This document shows positions 20,981 through 31,697 of a stretch of 64,000 nt of DNA, one piece after another; within the stretch, counting starts at the first letter, position 1; every line of letters begins with the position of its first letter. The position numbers were made by a program, and so were the translations under genes. The stretch is from positions 32,001 to 96,000 of the forward strand of contig CAWJPJ010000008.1 in the NCBI GenBank assembly GCA_963844715.1. Direction: 5' to 3'. The notes beneath the pieces are model-generated. The model was not told the origin of the DNA and did not search any database. It saw nothing but the letters and a program-made list of their open reading frames with translations. The stretch comes from an uncultured Phycisphaerales bacterium. GTDB lineage: Bacteria > Planctomycetota > Phycisphaerae > Tepidisphaerales > Tepidisphaeraceae.

Positions 20981-23141
20981 ATGAGTGAGGAACGAAAAAA
21001 AAGACGTTGGCGACTCGTCGCGATCGTTATCGCGTTGCTGGCGATCATCGTCTTTGGCGGGCGGATTCTGATCGGGAAAATTCTGCTCAGCCGCATCCAA
21101 ACTTCGGTCAAGGAAAACCTCAACGCCAATCTCTCCGCCGATTCGCTTTCGTATCGCCCGCCCTATTCGTTCGTTTTGCATCACTGTCATTTCGAGCTGC
21201 CGCATCACGATGCCCCGCCGGATTTGATCGATGTCGCGGAGTTGAGGGTGACGCTGGATCGGCTCCCGTTTGGAGGCGGCCCGGTTCTCGTGAAAGAGAT
21301 ACACATGATCGACCCGGTGGTGCAGGTCGCCAAATCGCCGGCAAAGATCATCGACCTGCAATCTCTCACCAGCGGATCGTCCGAGTCGGAAGAGGAAAAT
21401 GGGAAGAAAAAGCCCTCCCAAATCGTGCAAATCGGGCGATTGAAGATCGAGGGCGGGCAGATTTTGCTTCAGGATTCAACGCCGCAGCGCAATACCTGGG
21501 CGAAAATTCAGTTGAACATGGACGCCACGGCCGCTTCTCCATCCGACTACAACTTCAAGATCACCGAGGCGGGCCCGATTGCGCGTTTTGATTCGGATGG
21601 GTCGGCGAACGTCGATCATCGCATCGTCTCGCTGGATCAATTCTCCTTCGCCGCGGATATGAACGCTCCGGCACCCGCCGCCGATCCGCTGGAGCAATTG
21701 ATCCAGCAAAATCATCTGCGCGGATACCTCGGTGTGAACGGCACGTTGTATATCAACTCGCGGCATCCGGCTCAAAATCACGGCTGGGTCGCGCCTGACG
21801 GCCAAGGATGTCTCGGGAAATCTGCCGGTGGCGGATACATCCATCGACGCGCTCCAGTTGAACGCCGTGGCGTCCGCCGATCGGCAGGGGGCGATGCTGT
21901 CGTTCTCGAAATTCTTCGTGAAGAGCGGCCAGACGTCCCTGGGGCTCGACGGAGGAATGATCAAGACGACGGGTGGCGCGCTGCACGCGACCGGGCTCAC
22001 CGGGGAATACGGAGACGATCGGTTCACCACGTCGATGGACTGGCCCCTCATTTCCGCAGAGCACGGCATCGTGCGGCTGACGAACATCGACGGAGTGATG
22101 AATTTCCATCCGCCCATCGCCGACTATCCCGATCCATTGGACAAGATTTTCGCGCAATTTCGTCCCGCCGGGCCATGGGAGATCAAGGGATGGATCATCG
22201 GGGATATCGCCAGTGGAAAAGTCCTCAACTACGACCTGCAAGTTGCATCCAGCGGCGACGCCTCGGCGAACATCACCGTTCGCGACATCAATCTCACGGG
22301 GATCAAAAGCAGTTGGGAAATTCTCCCCGAGCAAGTCGAGATCAACGACTTCCAGTGCTCGGCGCTGGGAGGAAATCTCCAGACCGATGGTTCCGTGGCG
22401 TGCGTCCGGCCATATAAGTTCGGGGGAGAAGTCACCACCCACAAGGCCGACTTGTCGCAAATCGCGGCGCTGCTGCAAGCCAAATACTTGGACAAATCGC
22501 AATTCCATGGCCTCGTGAACCTAAGCGCAAAGTTTGACGGATCAGGGCCTTATGAAGGGAAACGCGCGGACGCGCTCTTTACCGCCGCTGGGCAGTTCGA
22601 GATTCACAAAGGCGTTCTCTGGGATATCCCGGTGCTGAAGCGAATAGCTGATAGCGCAACCATTGCGCAAAAGGCGCTAACGCTCAGCGAAGCGGCGGCC
22701 TTCTTCCGCATCGAGAACAAGCGCGTCCTGCTGCGCGATGCCGCCATCAACGCGCCCGTACTCGGCTTGGAAGGTTCGGGCAGCGTGGATTTCGACGGGA
22801 ATCTGAATATGTATGTGCAGGCGGCCCCGCTGGCGGATTGGCAATCCAAAATCGACCGAACGAGAATCCCCATTGTCAGCACGGTGGCGGGGGACTTCGC
22901 CGGGATCGTCCAGAGCCTGTTCAACAAGGCGACCGGCGCTTTGCTCTATACGTTTCATATCACTGGAAATGCATTGGACCCAAATGTGACGACCATCCCC
23001 GCTCCCGCGATCACCCTGGGGACGGCCCGCCTGTTCGGCTACATGCTTAAACCCGGCCACGACGGATTGCTCGGATTGTTGCAAAATCCCAGCAGCCAAC
23101 CATCGACTCAGACTACAACCGAGTCTTCAAGCCAACCTTAA
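20981..23141 (+). CDS. AsmA-like protein (frameshift near 21790)
   Basis: N-terminal TM anchor, long beta-rich body, C-terminal LEGSGSVDFDGNLNM...FHITGNALDP typical of AsmA-like C-termini. Confidence 0.65.
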
Positions 23142-23166
23142 CATTTATAGGGTTTATCCGGGCTAT

Positions 23167-23589
23167 TCAGGCGCCGGCGCGTTCCACCATATCGGTCCGT
23201 TCCATGTTGCGAAGGACTCCGAGAAGTCCATGCATATGGAGCGGCCTCAGGAATATGTGAACCTGGGAATGAGCATAGGTCCGGCGGAAATCGCGTAGAC
23301 GAGCACTGATCGCATCGGTATAGATCGCCACCTGCACGGGGCGCTTGTCATCGGGAAGCATGGCCAGAGAATCGATTAATTGCGTGTTTTGGTTTTCATT
23401 GGTGACGTCAACGACCAATAAATCGGTATGGTCGTGCGAGAGCAGTTCGATCGCGTGATCGGGCGTCTCGGCCCGCGCGACGTCGTGGCCCAATTCGCCA
23501 AGCAAACGCCGGGTAGGAGTATCTTGTAACTTCGTTTCAGGAGCAGGCAGCACTACCGCGCGAAGAGCGGAACGTGGCTGAGCCATCAT
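23167..23589 (-). CDS. Atypical CheY-like receiver-domain protein
   Basis: LGHDVARAET...AIELL...DLLVVD...FLRP pattern; lacks the N-terminal acidic pair and the conserved Lys (KP replaced by RP). Confidence 0.5.
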   Translation of the reverse strand: MMAQPRSALRAVVLPAPETKLQDTPTRRLLGELGHDVARAETPDHAIELLSHDHTDLLVVDVTNENQNTQLIDSLAMLPDDKRPVQVAIYTDAISARLRDFRRTYAHSQVHIFLRPLHMHGLLGVLRNMERTDMVERAGA

Positions 23590-23758
23590 AGGGGCAACCC
23601 TTGTTAAGTGTTCGCAGGGAAGTTTATACGGCGGCCCATCGCGTAACAAATGATTACTGGCAACTAGCGCAATCTTAATTATCCGCGTTTACGAGTCAAG
23701 AATGCCGCATTTATCAGAAGTTGCGGTAGATGGAGCAGTTTTGGATTGATCCCGCCCC

Positions 23759-24796
23759 CTATGAGGCGATCGAATATCGCATCATCTGGCTTTCCGCCAG
23801 TTCCAGGACGGGCCGGACATCGAGCCATTGCATGCAGCTCTGGTGAGTGCAGGACCGGGAAAGGCACGGGCTACAGGGGAGATCGAGGCGGATCACGCTG
23901 TCCATACGCCCAAACGGGCCGGTCCGCCGCGGGCACGTCGGGCCATAGGGCGTCACCAGCGGCCTCCCCAGGGCGGCGGCGATATGCATGGGCCCGGTGT
24001 CATTGGCGACAACCAAGGCCGCCCGCTCCAGCAGGGCGACAATTTGCCGAAGATTGAGCTTCCCTGTTACGTCAAAGTTGGCGGGAATCTGCTGGGCCAG
24101 ATCGGCGTCGGCGGGTCCCCCCGCGACCACGCAGTCCAATCCAAACCGCTCATGTAGAGGCCGAACCAGCGCCGCGAATCGATCCACCGGCCAGCGCTTC
24201 GTCTCCCAGTTTGTCCCCGGCATCAGCACCGCAAACGCCCGGCCCGGCGGAACAAGATCGGCAACAAATGCGCGATCGGCGTCGTCCACCGCGAATGCGA
24301 ACTCCGCCGGCCCCTCCGGGCATCCGAGGGCGCCGGCGATTTTCAAATATCGCTCCACGGCATGATCGAGCTCCCACGAGCACTCCACCCGATCGGTATA
24401 AAAGAAAACCGCCCCCTCACGCGCGTTGGCGAATCCGATTCGACGTGGCGCGCCCGTCGCCAAGCCCACCCAGCCGCTCCGCAGTAGGCCCTGGAAATCG
24501 ATCACCAGGTCGAATTTCCGGCTTCGAAGATTCTTGATGAACCGGATCAGGTCGGCCAGGGCAGCCGGGCTATACCAGATTTTCCCCCACCGATTTCGGT
24601 CGAAAAGGATGACCTCGTCGATCATCGGATGATTCTCAACCAGCGCCGCGCAGGAGGGGGTCACCAGCCAGGTGATTTTCGCCTCCGGCCAGAGCTTGCG
24701 CAATCGCGCCAGCGCGGGCAGCGCGTGGACGATATCGCCGATGGCGCTGGGCTTGATGATCAGCACCCGCCGGGGCGGGTCATGGGGCTCGGTCAT
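23759..24796 (-). CDS. LPS heptosyltransferase (GT9, WaaC/WaaF-like)
   Basis: RVLIIKPSAIGDIVHALP, DFQGLLRS, TKRWP, ANDTGPMHIAAALG. Confidence 0.9.
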   Translation of the reverse strand: MTEPHDPPRRVLIIKPSAIGDIVHALPALARLRKLWPEAKITWLVTPSCAALVENHPMIDEVILFDRNRWGKIWYSPAALADLIRFIKNLRSRKFDLVIDFQGLLRSGWVGLATGAPRRIGFANAREGAVFFYTDRVECSWELDHAVERYLKIAGALGCPEGPAEFAFAVDDADRAFVADLVPPGRAFAVLMPGTNWETKRWPVDRFAALVRPLHERFGLDCVVAGGPADADLAQQIPANFDVTGKLNLRQIVALLERAALVVANDTGPMHIAAALGRPLVTPYGPTCPRRTGPFGRMDSVIRLDLPCSPCLSRSCTHQSCMQWLDVRPVLELAESQMMRYSIAS

Positions 24797-24827
24797 TTCA
24801 CGCGGAATTATAGCGGGCAATCGGTGG

Positions 24828-26304
24828 TTAATCGTCGGGATGGACCTGGGAAAATGGAGAATAACCCAGGCAAAGGGCCAGGGAATCGGCCGGGGTGTAC
24901 TGCCCGTGTTCCCGCATCGATCGCAGCAGCCGATGCATCCCCATCGCCGGCCAGCGGCGGAATCGCAATCCATCCACGTCGATAAGTATCGGTCGCGGGC
25001 CCAGAATCTCATCCTGCTGAACGATCCAGTTGCTGCTCTTGGAGTCGTAGTGGGACATGCCGGTCTGGTCGATCTTGCGCAGGATTCCGCCGAGCCGGCG
25101 AAAGAAGGTCTCGCGCTGCGCCGGCGCGATCGCCTCGAGATCGGCGGTGACGAGGCCTTCCCCCTCGAGGCGCTCCAGAACGATCGCCGAGTCGGTGATG
25201 TAGCCAAGCTGTCTTTTCTGCATGACCGCCAGCGGCCACGCCGTCGGGATATCGCGGATGACCATCGCCCACGCCTTCCGCCAGGCCCGCCAGGATCGGC
25301 TGCCGCGCCCGATCTCGTTGATATACCGATACCAATACCGCTTGAACGGGCGTTTGATGACGATGGGAATTTTCCGCCCGCTGAGGCAGACTTCCGCCGC
25401 CCACACGTCGCCGCTGGCGCCGCGTTTCAGGGGCGTCAAACGTCCCGCTTCCAAATCCCCCCAAAGCTTCGGCCACGCCGCTTCCCAATCCTGCGCGAAA
25501 CATTCAGATCGCTCGCGCTCGCCCATCGCCGCGGGAATTTGTACTGCTTGAAGAAGATCCCCTCCCACGCGCCCGAACGGATTTTTCCAAAATAAGCATT
25601 CTCGCCCGTGATGCGGCGAAGAAGCCTTTCCCAGCGATGAGCGCTCACGGGATTGAAATTCGGAGGCGGCCCGCCGGGCCCCAGTTCGTTCCAGCCGCGC
25701 AGAATTTCCGTTCGCGGTAGGAAACTCTGGCGCTGTGCGCCAAGTCCATGACCTGCTCGGGCAACAATCCGCCGCCGCGCACGGCATAAGCGTCCAGAAG
25801 AAAAACCTCCCCGTTGCGCAAAAGAAAATTGCCCAGGTGCAGGTCGTTATGCCCCAGCCCCGCGCGGGCAAGCTGTGCCAAAAGCACGCGGATTTTCCGG
25901 GCCAATTCGAGGCGATTGGGGGGCGTGCGTCCTTCCCGAAGAAGCCCGTGCAGATAGAGATCCAACGGCGTCGCCGGCTCGATGGCTTCCAGAATCGTCG
26001 CGTCCCCTCTTTTGCCGGCGATGCTGAATCCGAGAAGTTGCGCGACCGCCCGCGGCGCTGCGACGCCCGCCTTTTGAAGCTGCACGAGCCGATCGAATTC
26101 CAATCGCGCGGGGCTTCCGCGAAAAAGGCGTTTGATATCCCACCGGCGGCGGGGAAAAAACTTGAGGTAGTACCCTTTGCCCTCGAAATCGAATCGCCAA
26201 ATCTGCCGATAGCCGCGATCCTTCAGCAGCTTCCCCACCCGCGGCAAATCCGCCAGGAATTGTTGCAGCGCCTGAGGCGTCACTGGCAAAGTTATAAGCG
26301 TCAT
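24828..26304 (-). CDS. Lipopolysaccharide kinase (Kdo/WaaP/InaA family), two kinase-like domains, frameshifted
   Basis: HNDLHLGNFL..FLLD in the N-half and HYDSKSSNWI..ILIDVDG in the C-half; directly upstream of the GT9. Confidence 0.75.
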
Positions 26305-26338
26305 GGCGGCGTTTGTCTCGTTTGCCGGCGGCGTCCTG

Positions 26339-27707
26339 CTATGCCTCGGATTGCGCCGCGGCGTCGGTCGCCTTCAATCCTTCGGCGATCTGAGGCATGA
26401 TCCCGCGCTGGATATAGATCGGCCGGACGATCTGCCGCAGCTTCGGCATGAGCATCCAATAGCGGATCGATGCCAGCAGGCAAACCGCCGCGGCTATCAG
26501 AATGGTTCGGCTGGCGCCCACAACCGGGTCCGCGCCATACGACAATCGCGACGCCAGCGCGCCCGCCCCCAATACGCCGAACGGCACCATCCCGATGAAT
26601 GCCATCGAGAAAAAGCTCATCAGCCGCCCGCGCTTATCGTCGTCGACAAGCGTCTGAAGAATCGTGTTCGTCGAGGCGAAATTGGTGATCATCCCCCACC
26701 CCGCGAAGGGGACGATCGCAAGCGAGATCCAGATATTTCGCGACAGCGCGAAACCCGCAATTGCCAGCGCGTAAACCAGGGACGAAACCCCGATCATTCT
26801 CCCCAAACCGACGACCGTCCTCCGCGAAGCCAGCATAATTGCCCCCACCAGCGCCTCCGCCCCGAACGCGCCGCTCAGGAATCCGAAAAATCTGCGCCCC
26901 ACGAGCGGCCTGCCCAAAATACGACCCGAAGATCGGCATGAGCACCATCATCGCCGGAATTCCCGAGAGGCTGAAGATGGCCATCAACACCAGAAGAATC
27001 CGCGCCGGCTTGAATCCGCTCACGTACGCCCATCCCTCGCGCAATTCTTCGGCGACGCTCGTCGTGCGCCGCGGGGGCCGCGGATTGATGCGCATGGCAA
27101 TCAGCGCCGCGATCACGGCGATATAACTGATCGCATCCAGCAGAAAGCACCACCCGATCCCCAGCCACCCGATGAGCAGCCCGGCGATCGCCGGCCCGAT
27201 CAGGCGGGCGCCGTGCACCATGGTGGAATTCAGCGCGATCGCGTTTGCCAGGTCCTGCCGATCGGTCACCATTTCGACAAGAAACGCCTGCCGCCCGGGG
27301 ATGTCCAGGGAGTTGATTGTCCCCTGAAGTAGCGCCAGCCCGATCGCGGAAGGAATGTTGATCAAATGGGTGAACGACAGAAACGCCAGTGCGAACGATT
27401 GGAGCATCGAGACCGATTGCGTCACAACCAGTAGTTTTTGCCGATTGAGACGATCCACCCACACCCCGCAGATGGGCCCGAGGATGAACACGGGAATTTG
27501 CGAAGCGAAAGCGACGACGCCGATAAGCCACGCTTTTCTCTGCGGATCAGGCGCCAGCAGATAAGCCAGCCAGATCATCGACGTATTGGTGAGGAACGTC
27601 CCGATGAGGGAGATGAGCTGCCCCCCGAAGAAGAGCCGGTAATTTCGATGCCGCAGCGCCCGGAAGACGCCTTCGACCCGTCCTCCGTTGTTCTGGTTCG
27701 CTTCCAT
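26339..27707 (-). CDS. MFS transporter (frameshift near 26890)
   Basis: FRALRHRNYRLFFGGQLISLIGT, DIPGRQAF, NAIALNS...ARLIGP, TILQTLVDDDKRGRLMSF. Confidence 0.88.
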
Positions 27708-27739
27708 GCTGCGTAAATCAGTGCTGCGTAAATCAGTGC
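27707..27739. repeat. 15-bp tandem duplication TGCTGCGTAAATCAG x2 at a gene junction
   Basis: Exact copies at 27707-27721 and 27722-27736. Confidence 0.85.
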
Positions 27740-28599
27740 GGCCAGACGTACGTCGACACGTAGGAATAAATCAGCGACACGATCCCGACGATGACGCTCG
27801 CCCAGAGCGTGATTTTGAGGATTCGGATTCGATTGGCAATTTCCTTGTCGCGCCATTCCGCCAGCCGCCGGTCAATCTCATCCAGTTTCTGATCGATCCT
27901 CGCCTCGATCTCGTCCAATTTTTGATTGAGATATTGGTCGGCGGTTTTCTTGATCCGATTGGTCAGTCCCCCCAAAAGCCCCGATTCCTCGATTTCGCTT
28001 TTGATCGAATCGGAAGAAGTCGGCGCGGCTTTGGCTGGCCCGGTCCCGTCGGAATCGTCGGGCAAAAACTGGTAGTCGCGATCCGATTGGGCTTCCCCGA
28101 ACAAATTGGCCACGAACGCCCCCAGCATCGCCCGCCGTTTGCGGTTTATCCGGTTGAAGAACCCTTCCTTTTTCTTCAGCGATTGAATCAGTTCCGGAAC
28201 CGCCTGTGCATCGTCGGCGTCGATCCCGCGAAGACGCGCCAGCACGACCAGCCCGCGCTGCGAAAGCCCCGCGAATCGCATCGATTTGATGCAAACGATC
28301 TCCCGGGCGATCTGCTCCAGCGTCGCATTCACGGCCAGCGGGCGCCGCCCCCAGCGAATCACGTCCAGCATCGCCTGCCGATCCATGTTGGCGATCAATG
28401 TTCTGCGATTTTGCACCGCCGCGACGAGTTCCTGCGGCGTTTTGTATCGCGTCGGCTCCAGCCCCAGTTCCTCGGCCAGATGCGAAAGCTCGTCGATGGG
28501 GAGATCCGCCATCTGCCGCGTCGTGCGCACGATCTGGCCTTGCGCGGCGGCGGGCGAAGAAGAAGGGGCGTTATCGGGTTGAGAGGTGTTGGTCGGCAT
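27733..28599 (-). CDS. Hypothetical protein with coiled coil and C-terminal TM helix
   Basis: Long ORF; KLDEIEARIDQKLDEIDRRL coiled coil; hydrophobic C-terminus. Confidence 0.75.
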   Translation of the reverse strand: MPTNTSQPDNAPSSSPAAAQGQIVRTTRQMADLPIDELSHLAEELGLEPTRYKTPQELVAAVQNRRTLIANMDRQAMLDVIRWGRRPLAVNATLEQIAREIVCIKSMRFAGLSQRGLVVLARLRGIDADDAQAVPELIQSLKKKEGFFNRINRKRRAMLGAFVANLFGEAQSDRDYQFLPDDSDGTGPAKAAPTSSDSIKSEIEESGLLGGLTNRIKKTADQYLNQKLDEIEARIDQKLDEIDRRLAEWRDKEIANRIRILKITLWASVIVGIVSLIYSYVSTYVWPH

Positions 28600-28885
28600 G
28601 GTCCATCGTATCGCGATCGCGGGACACCAGCACGTGCGCCCGCCACAGCAGCAGGCAGACCACCGACAACAACACGCAAACCAGCACATCTCCCCAAAAC
28701 GCACGGAAGCGCAATCGCAACCCCTGTACGATCACGTATCGGCGGATCAGGGACACGTATTTATCGGGACTATTGAGATAGGCGTACCAGCCGTACAGCG
28801 ATTGCAGTGTCACCACCGTCGCATAGACCGTGACGATCACCGCCAGCATGTAACGGAAGAAATTGAAGAAATCGATCTTGGGCAT
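28571..28885 (-). CDS. Small hypothetical membrane protein
   Basis: Two hydrophobic segments; overlaps the next gene in an operon-like run. Confidence 0.65.
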   Translation of the reverse strand: MPKIDFFNFFRYMLAVIVTVYATVVTLQSLYGWYAYLNSPDKYVSLIRRYVIVQGLRLRFRAFWGDVLVCVLLSVVCLLLWRAHVLVSRDRDTMDHADQHLSTR

Positions 28886-28921
28886 GGCGCGGTCGGGATT
28901 TGAAGATCGGGCGGAGTCGAA

Positions 28922-29689
28922 TTATTCAGCGTGAACTTCCCCCTCCAGGATGTGCCCGCCGAAGAGCGCGGTGCCGATGCGCAGCATCGTGGACCCCTCG
29001 GCGATTGCCGCCTCGAAATCGTTGGTCATCCCCATGCTCAGGTGTCGGAAATTCCCGCCCCCGATCTTGTGCCATTTCATTTCTTCGAAAACTTCGCGCG
29101 TGCGGGCGAAGGTGTGGCGGATTTTAGTCTCGGGAGCTTCCAACTCCGCCATCGTCATCAGCCCGACAAGCTGAAGATTCGGCATCGAGTCGATCTGCTC
29201 GCCCAGATGCACCGCCGCCCCCACGGCCACGCCGAATTTGCTCCCCTCCTCTGACGCATTGACCTGAAGAAGGATCGGGATCCGCCGCCCGGCTTTCCCC
29301 GCCTGAATGTCCAGTTCCTCCGCCAGTCGCAGGCTGTCGATGCTGTGAATCGCATGAACCAGCGGCAGCAGCCCCTTCACCTTGTTCCGCTGCAAATGCC
29401 CGATCATGTGCCAACGCAATTTCTGCGGTGGGGCTTCGTCCCCATGAATCGAGCGCCGCTGGTAATATTCGTTCAGTTGCCCCGCCCGCTGCATGAGAAT
29501 CTGCACGCGGCTTTCCCCCAGGTCCGTCACTCCCAGTTGCAGAGCCTCCCGAATTTGATCCGGAGCCGCGGTCTTGGTCACGGCAATGAGCGTGATGTCC
29601 GCCGGGTCGCGCTTCGCCTTGCCCGCGGCGGCGGCAATTCGCTCCCTGATCTCATCCAATTTTTCCGAAAGCGGCGATCGCTTGGCCAC
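28922..29689 (-). CDS. yggS: PLP homeostasis protein YggS
   Basis: LIAVTK, LGESRVQ, WHMIGHLQRNKVK, LSMGMTNDF..AIAEGSTMLRIG; SD AGGAG before GTG. Confidence 0.93.
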   Translation of the reverse strand: MAKRSPLSEKLDEIRERIAAAAGKAKRDPADITLIAVTKTAAPDQIREALQLGVTDLGESRVQILMQRAGQLNEYYQRRSIHGDEAPPQKLRWHMIGHLQRNKVKGLLPLVHAIHSIDSLRLAEELDIQAGKAGRRIPILLQVNASEEGSKFGVAVGAAVHLGEQIDSMPNLQLVGLMTMAELEAPETKIRHTFARTREVFEEMKWHKIGGGNFRHLSMGMTNDFEAAIAEGSTMLRIGTALFGGHILEGEVHAE

Positions 29690-29720
29690 GCACAGCTCCT
29701 TCTGCGCCCGATACTTTTTC

Positions 29721-29814
29721 CCCCTCTCCCTGTACTCAGAGAGAGGGCCGGGGTGAGGGTTCTTCCCCGATCTCCCCTCATCCTCGCCCTCGCCCTCCAA
29801 TACAGGGAGAGGGG
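29721..29814. repeat. REP-like inverted repeat element (CCCTCTCCCTGTA...TACAGGGAGAGGG type)
   Basis: 14-bp perfect outer stem 29721-29734 / 29801-29814 with internal GAGGG/CCCTC arms; intergenic. Confidence 0.75.
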
Positions 29815-29924
29815 ATGGATGCACAGCGCGCGGGAATGCGATTGTTTTGCACCCGCGCCCGATACCACCGGCGTCATTATAAGAAAATTTGCCGCTTCGG
29901 ATACAATCGAGTGCAAGTCGAACC

Positions 29925-30493
29925 ATGAATTCCGATCGATTCAACGAAGCCATCCGCCGCTTTGACGCCGCCAATGCCGAGGATCCCAGGCAAATCATCT
30001 ACGCGCAAAAAATGACCGAATGGCTCCATCGCCTCTATCCCGATGCATCAGAGCCCCTTCGTCTGGCCGCCAGAAGCCAGCACATCCGCCGCTGGATGAT
30101 CCCGCGATCTGATTACCCCATGACCCGACCCGGCTACCACAAATGGCGCACGGCGTTGTACGATTTTCACGCCCAAACCGCCGCCGAAATCCTCGCCGAC
30201 TGCGGCTACGACGCCCAAACCATCGCGCAAGTCCAATCCCTTTTGCGCAAGAGAGACTCAAAACCAATCCCGACATGCAGGCCCTGGAGGACGTCGTCTG
30301 CCTGGTTTTCCTAGAAACCGAACTAGCCGATTTTGCGCCCCGCCACGATGAAGCAAAACTAATAACAATCCTCCGCCGCACCTGGGCCAAAATGTCCCCC
30401 CACGGCCACGAGGCGGCGCTGTCGTTAAAATTTTCGCCAGCAATTTCCGCTCTGATCGCAAAGGCGCTGGGAAGGTCAGACAAGCTCCATTAG
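29925..30493 (+). CDS. DUF4202-like protein (frameshift near 30250)
   Basis: FDAANAEDP, LAARSQHIRRWMIPRSDYP..RPGY..WR, QALEDVVCLVFL, RTWAKMS. Confidence 0.8.
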
Positions 30494-30759
30494 CATCGAA
30501 CCGATGCGCACGGCACGCTCCGCCAAGACGCCTTGCTCAATTCCCACAAAACCCAGGCCATAGGCCACGTTAACATCCGTCCGCTTGAACGGGAGGTTTG
30601 CATTCAGTTTGCCTTTGATCTGCGCGAACCAATCCAGCCACCTTCGCCGCAATGCGTCGTTCCACCCCGCATGAATGTCTTCGGGTGCCAACGGTCGTGA
30701 TAGGGTATCGATAATCGCGTCTACTTCAGCCTTTAATATGTCGAGTTTTGTCAGTGGAG

Positions 30760-31539
30760 AAAAAAGGTGACATCCATCAAATCAGATAAAAAAGGTGACA
30801 TCCATCAAATCACGCCTTCGTTCCCGTCTTCCTGGGCCGCCCACGCGGATTGAGCGTGTATTGCAATCCCATCCGCTGCACCATTTGCATAGTCCACATC
30901 GCGCTTCCCAGCGGCCGATCCCGTTTGAAACTCTGGTTTAGCCGCTTCATTTCGCCTGGGGCGATCGCCTCGTTCACCAGCGATTTCCAATTCCGCGGCC
31001 GCTCGATCGGCCAAGCGTCCAGCAGCGCCCTGGATACTTTCGCGTCGCACCCCAGACTCGACCAGCGCCATTCTTCGGCCCCCCTGACGAGCTTGCCGCG
31101 CAGCGGATTGGCCTCGACGTAGCGCAGCAGCGTGAGCAAATACGCGTCCTCTTCCACCGCGAAACTCTTGTAACGCCCCTGGTAAAGGTGCCCGCTCGTG
31201 CGGCGGTAGTGAGCGCGATAACGCTTCACGTGGGTATTGGTGAGCCAGGACAGATATGAGGCCAAATCCCGATCGCGGCGCGGACGCAAAACCAGATGCC
31301 AATGATTGGGCATCAAACAGAATCCGAATATCTCAACGGCGGCCCGCTGCTTGGCGGCGATCATCAGGTCCACGAACACCTCATAATCGCCCGGCTTGCG
31401 GAAGATTTTCATGCGGCCGTTGCCACGGTTGAGCACGTGATAAACCACGCCGCCCACCGCGGCACGAGAAGTGCGAGGCATAGAAAAAACCTAACCCAAA
31501 CCGCGGAACGCGTCAACAATGGTGGATGTCACCTTTTTT
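30760..31539. mobile_element. RAYT-like HUH transposase element bounded by inverted 17-bp repeats
   Basis: AAAAAAGGTGACATCCA at 30760 and 30788 (25-bp direct repeat) and its reverse complement at 31523-31539 flank the transposase. Confidence 0.7.
30810..31481 (-). CDS. REP-associated tyrosine transposase (Y1/HUH family)
   Basis: YHVLNRGN, CLMPNHWHL (HUH), GHLYQGRYKS, RYVEANP, WRWSS, C-terminal RGRPRK. Confidence 0.9.
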   Translation of the reverse strand: MPRTSRAAVGGVVYHVLNRGNGRMKIFRKPGDYEVFVDLMIAAKQRAAVEIFGFCLMPNHWHLVLRPRRDRDLASYLSWLTNTHVKRYRAHYRRTSGHLYQGRYKSFAVEEDAYLLTLLRYVEANPLRGKLVRGAEEWRWSSLGCDAKVSRALLDAWPIERPRNWKSLVNEAIAPGEMKRLNQSFKRDRPLGSAMWTMQMVQRMGLQYTLNPRGRPRKTGTKA

Positions 31540-31697
31540 CTTTTTTCTTTCCATCTTTTTCTTTCCTAGAGATGGATTTAAACCGCAAAGCGCGAAGAAA
31601 TGCCGGAGATGCGGAGATGATGCATTCAGCACGATGGTTTGCGTCGCGAGGGGTACCCCGGTTCCCCAAGCACTCTTGCCGCGTGCTGAACCGGCGT

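Noticed and set aside
29690..29998. Apparent N-terminal extension of YggS
   Set aside because: It reads through a REP-like element (PLSEYRERG) and the divergent gene; an SD supports the GTG at 29689.
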